Shown: one piece after another, positions 27,205 through 32,660 of the stretch | Layout of the letters: each line of letters begins with the position of its first letter | Numbering within the stretch: position 1 is the stretch's first letter | IMG/VR virus record: IMGVR_UViG_3300038974_000315 | Span: 1-32,660 of that record | From: a virus | Taxonomy: Duplodnaviria; Caudoviricetes | DNA: 32,660 bases | Strand: one strand, 5' to 3' | The notes under the pieces: generated by a model | Database searches by the model: none | Seen by the model: the letters and a program-made list of their open reading frames with translations, nothing else | What the model was told of the DNA's origin: nothing | Position numbers and translations under genes: made by a program

Positions 27205-27713
27205 AGACTGAGCTAGTCTATAATTTATTTATAATTTACTTTAATTCAATCGTCTTGGTTTTTGAAGCCATGTTTCTGTTCATTGTCACTTTGACAATTC
27301 CGTCTTCAAAAGAAGCAGAAATAGTATTCTCATCAACATCGTTCGGCAGCATATATTTTACAGAAAAGTCTCTATAAGCAATTTGCTTAGAAATCCAACG
27401 ACGGTTTTCTTCTGATTTCTCTTCTTTCTTACCTGATACTGTTAGAACATTATCATTTACAAAAATTTCAATGTCTTCTTTTGAATATCCTGCAAGAGCA
27501 AATTCAAATTCCAACTTTCCATCTTTCGTAGTTGAGATATTTGTGAACGGATATTTGTCCAAGTGAAATATAGATCTAGAAAAATTGAAGAAGTTGTCAA
27601 AGAAGTCATCATCAATAAATTTCTCAACAAGATCATTAGCCTTTACTAGTTGAACCATAATAGCATTCTCCTTTCAATGAGACCCGAAGCATCTCGTTAG
27701 ACTAGCTCAGTCT
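27205..27713. repeat. Perfect 16-bp inverted repeat flanking the hsp20 gene
   Basis: AGACTGAGCTAGTCTA at 27205-27220 and TAGACTAGCTCAGTCT at 27698-27713. Confidence 0.85.
27236..27658 (-). CDS. Small heat-shock protein (Hsp20/IbpA family)
   Basis: YPFTNI...FALAGYSKEDI...LTVSG...IAYRDF...ASFEDGIV. Confidence 0.92.
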   Translation of the reverse strand: MVQLVKANDLVEKFIDDDFFDNFFNFSRSIFHLDKYPFTNISTTKDGKLEFEFALAGYSKEDIEIFVNDNVLTVSGKKEEKSEENRRWISKQIAYRDFSVKYMLPNDVDENTISASFEDGIVKVTMNRNMASKTKTIELK

Positions 27714-27714
27714 G

Positions 27715-27797
27715 CGGTAGGAGTGAGACTCGAACTCACAAAGCTTTTACGCCTACTAGCTTTCGAAACTAGCCCCTCATCCAGCCGGATCCCTACC
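27715..27797 (-). tRNA. tRNA-Ser(CGA)
   Basis: Loop TTCGAAA, long variable arm, atypical D region ATCCGGCTGGATGAGG. Confidence 0.85.
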
Positions 27798-27798
27798 A

Positions 27799-27978
27799 TT
27801 ATGGTGCTATTCCGTCTTCCCATTCTTCTAAGCTCTTGAGCGAGTCGAACATTGTTTTTCCAATAAGAAAAAAGAGGACTTGTTCTAAATACCACTGCTT
27901 ATGATGTCCTTCATCGTTTACTAAACCTCTAACTAAAAGATCGGTCAGATGTTCTTGCTCATACTCTTCAATGCGCAT
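27799..27978 (-). CDS. Small phage protein (59 aa)
   Basis: MRIEEYEQ...DEGHHKQWYLEQ...WEDGIAP; RBS AAGGAG. Not in the ORF track. Confidence 0.7.
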   Translation of the reverse strand: MRIEEYEQEHLTDLLVRGLVNDEGHHKQWYLEQVLFFLIGKTMFDSLKSLEEWEDGIAP

Positions 27979-27998
27979 GCTATTTTCTCCTTTTTATG

Positions 27999-28085
27999 CG
28001 GTAAGTGTAGGATTCGAACCTACGTAACCCGAAGGTGTACACGACCTTTCCAGGATCGCCTCTTACCAGACTAGAGTAACTTACC
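27999..28085 (-). tRNA. tRNA-Ser(GGA)
   Basis: Loop CTGGAAA, long variable arm. Confidence 0.9.
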
Positions 28086-28090
28086 AAATG

Positions 28091-28173
28091 CGGAAGGAGA
28101 GGGACTCGAACCCCCAAGCCTGTCACAGCCAGCCGCTTTCAAGGCGGTGTCCTCATCCAGCCGGATTCCTTCC
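28091..28173 (-). tRNA. tRNA-Ser(TGA)
   Basis: Loop CTTGAAA, long variable arm, same atypical D region as Ser(CGA). Confidence 0.85.
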
Positions 28174-28281
28174 ATGTGACAGATAACAGCTTTTAGAGTG
28201 CTATTTACTGTCGTATTTCATCTCGCCCTGATAACCCCTTGAAAGGGTTAAAGCACCTGCTTTTTAACTAGAAACAGGAAA

Positions 28282-28575
28282 CTAAGACCACATCTTGAAT
28301 CTCTTGCAAACTTCTCTGTCTTCACCTGATAATGGTTCTGTCGCGATTGACGTATAACCCATATCATAATCGGGTTCGTAAAACATATATGTTTTTAAAC
28401 CATGACTCTTTAAATATTCATTCGTTTTTACAAGATGTTCTTCGTTCTTGACTTCAAAGAGCACGATACTGTTAATACTCTTAGGTTTATCAGACTGCAA
28501 ACACGCATGGGCTGTTTGAATGATCTGAGCATGCAGTGGAATATCCTTACGGATAAAACAGTAGGTGTATTCCAT
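28282..28575 (-). CDS. Pth2-like peptidyl-tRNA hydrolase domain protein
   Basis: YCFIRKDI...QTAHAC...IVLFEVKNEEHL...FYEPD...TSIATEP pattern of the PTH2 fold. Start reassigned to 28575 (TAATG coupling). Ends in TAG. Confidence 0.7.
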   Translation of the reverse strand: MEYTYCFIRKDIPLHAQIIQTAHACLQSDKPKSINSIVLFEVKNEEHLVKTNEYLKSHGLKTYMFYEPDYDMGYTSIATEPLSGEDREVCKRFKMWS

Positions 28576-28907
28576 TACTTTAACCTTGCGTCTGTTTTTA
28601 TTTGTTCCCATGCTATTTTTATTTCCTTTGAAGCTACAAGCTCGCCAAAAGGTTCGAGCAATTCGCACTCATAAGATTTATATCCTATTTTCCATGATGC
28701 GTCCTTCAAACATTGCCACGGATTTGCGCCATTATCGATTTTAATCTGTTTCGTGACAGGAGAAAATCCTCTATCGAATGGCTTTGATCTCAAAATGTTG
28801 TACAACATCATGTGAGACGAAGTAGGTTTTCCGCCATTCTTTAAATAGTTCTTCCAGCTTTCAATGATCTTTAAATAATCTTCTTTATTCTCAATAAAAT
28901 AACTCAT
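28575..28907 (-). CDS. Hypothetical phage protein
   Basis: 110 aa (HMMLYNILRSKPFDRGFSP); its RBS AAGGAG lies inside a hairpin. Confidence 0.75.
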   Translation of the reverse strand: MSYFIENKEDYLKIIESWKNYLKNGGKPTSSHMMLYNILRSKPFDRGFSPVTKQIKIDNGANPWQCLKDASWKIGYKSYECELLEPFGELVASKEIKIAWEQIKTDARLK

Positions 28908-28910
28908 TTT

Positions 28911-28961
28911 ATTCTCCTTATTCTAGAGGTTAGCAACCAATCCTTTAGCAATAAAGAGAAT
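28911..28961 (-). promoter_or_regulatory. RBS-sequestering hairpin
   Basis: ATTCTCTTTATT pairs with AATAAGGAGAAT (12 bp, one G-U), plus inner CTAAAGG/CCTCTAG. Confidence 0.7.
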
Positions 28962-28962
28962 T

Positions 28963-29007
28963 TTATGGCGGTCTAATCTATGAAAAGCCCTAGATCTTGT
29001 ATTCCAT
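28963..29007 (-). other. Putative leader peptide with two in-frame amber codons: MEYKI*GFS*IRPP-ochre
   Basis: AAGGAG-N8-ATG GAA TAC AAG ATC TAG GGC TTT TCA TAG ATT AGA CCG CCA TAA. Confidence 0.65.
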
Positions 29008-29164
29008 GTTTATTGCTCCTTTGATTTATGATAATCTCAATGTCATACTTTCGTGAAAGTTCTCTTAAATCTTCAAATATTTTTTTATCTTTCTCATATC
29101 GATTGTAGTTATAATCTAGCCCTAATATTGTAGGATCGTAATCAATATAATCAATAAACTTCAT
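28973..29164 (-). CDS. Small hypothetical protein
   Basis: RBS AAGGAG; 63 aa; ends in TAG inside the leader region. Confidence 0.6.
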   Translation of the reverse strand: MKFIDYIDYDPTILGLDYNYNRYEKDKKIFEDLRELSRKYDIEIIINQRSNKHGIQDLGLFID

Positions 29165-29180
29165 GCTATCTCCTTAAAAT

Positions 29181-29255
29181 TGGTGCCCATGGTGAGATTC
29201 GAACCCACTCAAAATCGTTTTAGAGACAATCGCTCTACCACTGAGCTACATGGGC
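29181..29255 (-). tRNA. Amber suppressor tRNA (anticodon CTA), CCA encoded
   Basis: GCCCATG acceptor, canonical D and T arms, anticodon arm ATTGT-CTCTAAA-ACGAT. Confidence 0.9.
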
Positions 29256-29258
29256 ATG

Positions 29259-29329
29259 CTGGCGGACTAGGATTCGAACCTAGAATAGCTGAGTCAGAGT
29301 CAGCTGTGATGCCGTTTCACTATTCGCCA
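29259..29329 (-). tRNA. tRNA-Gln(CTG)
   Basis: Loop CTCTGAC; U1-A72. Confidence 0.9.
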
Positions 29330-29334
29330 ATCTG

Positions 29335-29405
29335 TTGAGATACCAGGATTCGAACCTGGATTAGAAGAGTCAAAGTCTTCTGACCTGCCGTTGGTCGATA
29401 TCTCA
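29335..29405 (-). tRNA. tRNA-Gln(TTG)
   Basis: Loop CTTTGAC. Confidence 0.9.
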
Positions 29406-29409
29406 ATAA

Positions 29410-29458
29410 TGGCGGTTTTTAATCAGGATCCGCCAACCTGTAAGACAGCGGTTTACCA
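29410..29458 (-). ncRNA. Small pseudoknot-forming RNA ending in CCA
   Basis: CAGG-T-TGGCGG-AT-CCTG-ATTAAAAA-CCGCCA, between the promoter and the first tRNA. Confidence 0.45.
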
Positions 29459-29468
29459 AACAAGTACT

Positions 29469-29497
29469 ATATTAACAAAAAATGAGTCGATTGTACA
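29469..29497 (-). promoter_or_regulatory. Sigma70-type promoter of the tRNA operon
   Basis: TGTACA(ATC)-N17-TAATAT with extended TG. Confidence 0.7.
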
Positions 29498-29502
29498 TCG
29501 AT

Positions 29503-29811
29503 TTAATCGCTATTTGTCAAAGAAGATCCAGCAACAACAATCCCGTTTATTCCTGATCCTTGAACGAGATCTCCCAGTAGTGCTATCTTCTTGCCCTCAA
29601 CGTTTGTAAGTATTGAAGAAGCCATTAGAATCCCAGTATGACCACAACTAGAAGGACATGGCGTCCCTATGACTGCCGCCAGTCTTCCTTCATCAAACAC
29701 TAGAGTCTGAGGAGGATTTCCAACTACTCCCGAAACAGGTCTAGGAGGGCCCTGATGATTTGAACATGTACCTACCCAAGAATCTCCTATTCTGACAATA
29801 GGTTTAGGCAT
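29503..29811 (-). CDS. PAAR-like spike tip protein
   Basis: PIVRIGD...C..H, RLAAVIG, CGHTG and KIALLGD repeats. Confidence 0.8.
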   Translation of the reverse strand: MPKPIVRIGDSWVGTCSNHQGPPRPVSGVVGNPPQTLVFDEGRLAAVIGTPCPSSCGHTGILMASSILTNVEGKKIALLGDLVQGSGINGIVVAGSSLTNSD

Positions 29812-30698
29812 TATAGAATACTTCCGTTGATGTCATCCCAACCAAAATAATCCATTACTTCCTGACCACCATGAGCTAACATCCAGTCTTTAGGCTTATT
29901 TGTTACTGTAACTTCATTGCCAGCAGTGATGTAGTTCATGATCTTTATTCCAGCTTGATAACGAGGGACAGTAGGATGACCATTATTGAATCCGCCGCCG
30001 GCATTTATGAAATCATGAAGACGGTCTAGCAAACCTCTTCCTTCCCAATGAGCGCCGCTACCCTGATGATAATGAATACAAAACTTATCTTCATCATGAA
30101 GAGAGGTTGTGTCGACGATGCTCAAGATTTCATCTGCATCTTCTGTTCCCATGAGATATGACGTCGTATTTGAATAGCGCTGAGAATAATACGGATAACG
30201 ATTAGAAAAAGCAGTTACCATCATGTCAATTTCAGGAGCAGCAACATCAGGAGCGTTCTTTTTTACAATCGTTGTTCCAGAAAACTGGAAAAATGGATCA
30301 GATGTCGTTCCATTTCCTGGCCATGTGTATCTCCAGGCGGTCGAGATAGACCGTAAATCGCCTAAGCTGATGTCATCACCCGTTGTCAACGGCATAATAA
30401 ACCATGGAACATCTGGAAGTCCTGCAGAAGCAGGAAAAGTCATACAATGCCTATAAAGAACCGCCAGAGTTAGAAATCCAAAGTTCCTAGACCATCTGTA
30501 TCGTAGGCCGGCATTTTGCCATAGATTCTGCCATGTTTTATACGTTTCTTCTGCTGTCGTAACTTGATCTAGTTCTGTATCGACTAAAGTGTGCGCTGTG
30601 GTTTTCTGACCAGAAGTCCACGATTGAGCTTCTATTTGGGCGTCCCAATAAGCCTGTATAGTTGATTTCATTGTAGAGAAGTCTTTTAGGTAGGGCAT
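29811..30698 (-). CDS. Hypothetical (possibly virion) protein
   Basis: 295-aa ORF with RBS GGAGG, coupled to the PAAR gene. Confidence 0.75.
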   Translation of the reverse strand: MPYLKDFSTMKSTIQAYWDAQIEAQSWTSGQKTTAHTLVDTELDQVTTAEETYKTWQNLWQNAGLRYRWSRNFGFLTLAVLYRHCMTFPASAGLPDVPWFIMPLTTGDDISLGDLRSISTAWRYTWPGNGTTSDPFFQFSGTTIVKKNAPDVAAPEIDMMVTAFSNRYPYYSQRYSNTTSYLMGTEDADEILSIVDTTSLHDEDKFCIHYHQGSGAHWEGRGLLDRLHDFINAGGGFNNGHPTVPRYQAGIKIMNYITAGNEVTVTNKPKDWMLAHGGQEVMDYFGWDDINGSIL

Positions 30699-30712
30699 GT
30701 TTTTACCTCCAT

Positions 30713-30781
30713 TGGCTTACCTCAGTACCGCCCTGAGCAAACCGCAGTTATGAGCCGCAGCTGTGCACTTGCACGTAAGCC
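30713..30781 (-). ncRNA. Non-canonical tRNA-like RNA with CAT anticodon
   Basis: GGCTTAC/GTAAGCC acceptor, GTGC-AAGT-GCAC arm, TGCGG-CTCATAA-CTGCG, and CTCAG-GGCGGTA-CTGAG T-like arm. Confidence 0.65.
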
Positions 30782-30785
30782 GTAT

Positions 30786-30860
30786 TAGCGGGCCACAGAG
30801 TTGAACTGTGCTATTCCAACTTATGAGGATGGCATCTGCTCTCCGGCCGATTCACCCGCT
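30786..30860 (-). tRNA. Atypical tRNA-Met(CAT)
   Basis: AGCGGGT/GCCCGCT acceptor, loop CTCATAA, T arm CACAG-TTCAACT-CTGTG. Confidence 0.65.
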
Positions 30861-30868
30861 ATAAACTA

Positions 30869-31144
30869 TTACCAACGCTTAATGTGCGCTTTGTCCATCA
30901 TAGACATCGCCACGTTGTCATTTCCATTTACTGCTTTATGTGTAAACAGATTGATAAACGATTCGCCAAGATGACAGTCATTGCAGTTTCTATCAACCAT
31001 CATTACAACCTTGATGTGCTGCTTTGATTTTGCAAGTTCGTTATTTGCGATTCGACCATCATCAATAAAACGAACAACAACGTTCAACATGAAACCCAAT
31101 GCAAATCCAATCATAATGAGTGGAATCTTATCTTTATTCAACAT
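30869..31144 (-). CDS. Membrane-anchored protein with CxxCH motif
   Basis: N-terminal hydrophobic helix; RNCNDCHLG; RBS GGAGG. Confidence 0.7.
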   Translation of the reverse strand: MLNKDKIPLIMIGFALGFMLNVVVRFIDDGRIANNELAKSKQHIKVVMMVDRNCNDCHLGESFINLFTHKAVNGNDNVAMSMMDKAHIKRW

Positions 31145-31145
31145 G

Positions 31146-31685
31146 CTACATCCTCCCGAGGACGTTTTTTAGTTTTCCAGAATAGATGTCTCTATACTCT
31201 GGAGTAAAAGAATGATACGACGCGATGTTTTTTGAATACCTTTTATTTATGTTGATAATCTTACACGCAACTTCGACATTCTTGTACACACTAAATAAAT
31301 CTTGTTTGTTTTTAGTAAATCTATTTTTCCATGTCGGCCAGTTGATTTGCATCAAACCAACATCGTCGCATTGCTTATTATGAGCTTTAGGGTCGAACCT
31401 TGATTCGACATAAGCGATTGCAACAAGCTTTTCTGGTTGAATCTTGTAATACCTTGCATTTTCTGCAATAGCAAGAGCAATCTTTTTCTTAGTCGTCGGA
31501 TTTACTCTTGCGCCAGTGCTGTCTATCATTTCTTCTACTGCGAGAACCTCCGGGTGATTCAACGGACTCCCAAGCGAGAACGATTTGTCCTCTTTCATGA
31601 TAAACATGTATGTGAGTAAACCGATACATGCTATAATCACTAGTTTTCTCATTTCGGTGGGTTCCTCCCATCGTTTACTTTTCAT
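31146..31685 (-). CDS. Lytic transglycosylase (SLT domain) with N-terminal membrane anchor
   Basis: AIAYVESRFDPKA, GLMQIN and SYHS motifs. Confidence 0.88.
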   Translation of the reverse strand: MKSKRWEEPTEMRKLVIIACIGLLTYMFIMKEDKSFSLGSPLNHPEVLAVEEMIDSTGARVNPTTKKKIALAIAENARYYKIQPEKLVAIAYVESRFDPKAHNKQCDDVGLMQINWPTWKNRFTKNKQDLFSVYKNVEVACKIININKRYSKNIASYHSFTPEYRDIYSGKLKNVLGRM

Positions 31686-31694
31686 TCTCCTCTC

Positions 31695-31723
31695 ATAGTA
31701 TCATAAATCAATAAGATTGTAAA
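31695..31723 (-). promoter_or_regulatory. Sigma70-type promoter
   Basis: TTTACA(ATC)-N17-TACTAT with extended TG. Confidence 0.6.
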
Positions 31724-31731
31724 CCAAAATG

Positions 31732-31804
31732 AGCGGGTAGAGGGAATCGAACCCTCATCCATTGGTTGGAAGCCAATGATAATAAGCCATTATACGATAC
31801 CCGC
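31732..31804 (-). tRNA. tRNA-Gly(TCC)
   Basis: GCG acceptor start, loop CTTCCAA, U73. Confidence 0.92.
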
Positions 31805-32464
31805 GTTTAAATCCTCTAATGTCGATTTTATTCCATTGGGCGTTCTATAGAACAGCGAGAACTTCAAATCTCTAGCCATTGGAAAAACTTCGTACAGTTG
31901 TTTTGCAGCATCCTCTGGATTAAGAATGGGTTCCCATTTGGTATTTCTTGCACCTGGGCGTCTGAATCGACCTGACAGAAGAAGCCTGAAAAACAATACA
32001 TCACAAACTGTGCCTTCAAGAAACGGAGTCCACCGAGAAAATCCTGCAACCCATTTAAGAGGCGACATGTCATTCAAAAACGATTCAGCAGTTTTTCTAT
32101 TCAAAAAATCACAGGTGCCAAAATATAATCCATCGAAATTCGATGTGTTTATCAGGATGTTCTTTAGCTTCACACGACTTATGTCTTTTAAGGCTTGTAT
32201 TCTATCTTGCTGACCATGCACTGCGAAGTATCCTATTTTTAGTCGACCATCTGCGCCCTGATCAATCCCATAGTTCAATGTCGCAGCTAATCCATCTGCT
32301 GTTCCAAAAACATAGTACGAAAACAGCGGATCATGCCCAGACTCAACTCTATCTAGCTCTATCTTTAGTTCATCAAAAAATGGTTTTACAGACTCCCAAT
32401 GCCACTTATCCCACTGAGCCTCGTAGATTTTAATGATGTATTTTTTATCGGTTCTATCTTTCAT
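31790..32464 (-). CDS. CHAT/caspase-fold-like protein
   Basis: GYFAVHG...GLYFGTC His-Cys dyad spacing; WVAGF. Confidence 0.55.
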   Translation of the reverse strand: MKDRTDKKYIIKIYEAQWDKWHWESVKPFFDELKIELDRVESGHDPLFSYYVFGTADGLAATLNYGIDQGADGRLKIGYFAVHGQQDRIQALKDISRVKLKNILINTSNFDGLYFGTCDFLNRKTAESFLNDMSPLKWVAGFSRWTPFLEGTVCDVLFFRLLLSGRFRRPGARNTKWEPILNPEDAAKQLYEVFPMARDLKFSLFYRTPNGIKSTLEDLNAGIV

Positions 32465-32601
32465 AACGACATGGCATAACTATTGCATGCTATTCTGGCA
32501 GCTTCTTCTGTGTCATAAGGACCATAGACGTTTGACCATGTTTCATCATAAAAATACCATTTATTGTCTCTAACATCAAAGAAAACAGGATCCTTGTACA
32601 T
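32461..32601 (-). CDS. Small hypothetical protein (46 aa)
   Basis: MYKDPVFF...WYFYDETWSNVYGPYDTEEAA; RBS AAGGAG; ATGA overlap with the next gene. Confidence 0.65.
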   Translation of the reverse strand: MYKDPVFFDVRDNKWYFYDETWSNVYGPYDTEEAARIACNSYAMSL

Positions 32602-32638
32602 CGAAATCGTCTCCTTTGTAACGTTCGACTGTGAGAGG

Positions 32639-32660
32639 AGATCGGAAGAGCGTCGTGTAG
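32639..32660 (+). other. Illumina TruSeq adapter (assembly artefact)
   Basis: AGATCGGAAGAGCGTCGTGTAG at the contig end. Confidence 0.97.

Noticed and set aside
25199-27895. ORFs 25199-25549, 25446-25697, 26882-27166 and 27707-27895
   Set aside because: They are shadows of tRNA genes or the wrong frame of the 27799-27978 gene.
28576-28668. N-terminal 31 aa of the 128-aa ORF
   Set aside because: It overlaps the upstream gene; the TAATG-coupled ATG at 28575 matches the start of the Pth2-like domain.
605-32433. Numerous short antisense or alternate-frame ORFs within long genes
   Set aside because: They lack RBS and motifs and are fully nested in well-supported genes.
1-32638. Genome-wide TAG reassignment
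   Set aside because: Genes tile the window densely under code 11 and conserved long genes contain no internal TAG.
32639-32660. Terminal sequence as a genome end or repeat
   Set aside because: It is an exact Illumina adapter sequence.

Overview
This is a fragment of a large (jumbo-like) dsDNA bacteriophage genome, about 36-40% GC by eye, read in the standard code and ending in Illumina adapter. The + strand (1-22.5 kb) carries a nucleotide-metabolism/DNA-modification and replication module: kinases, HAD phosphatases, ThyX-like protein, FAD oxidoreductase, epimerase, short thymidylate-synthase-like protein, UDG-DnaE fusion, degenerate PolA, SSB-like protein and DnaB. It continues with an array of five stem-closed ACAGCAA RNA units in front of a TROVE/vWA (DUF2828, Ro60-like) gene, then a muramidase and glycosyl-/methyltransferases, with two GIY-YIG endonucleases interspersed. 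The - strand (22.4-32.6 kb) carries RusA-like, Hc1-like, Hsp20, Pth2-like, PAAR, SLT and CHAT-like genes interleaved with about 17 tRNA or tRNA-like genes, including an amber (CUA) suppressor and several non-canonical cloverleaves. The two strongest candidates for new biology are (1) an apparent amber-readthrough-sensing leader (MEYKI*GFS*IRPP-stop) followed by an RBS-sequestering hairpin ahead of a peptidyl-tRNA-hydrolase-like operon, next to the suppressor tRNA, and (2) the ncRNA array paired with the Ro60-like gene. All protein calls come from motifs recognised by eye; no searches were run.
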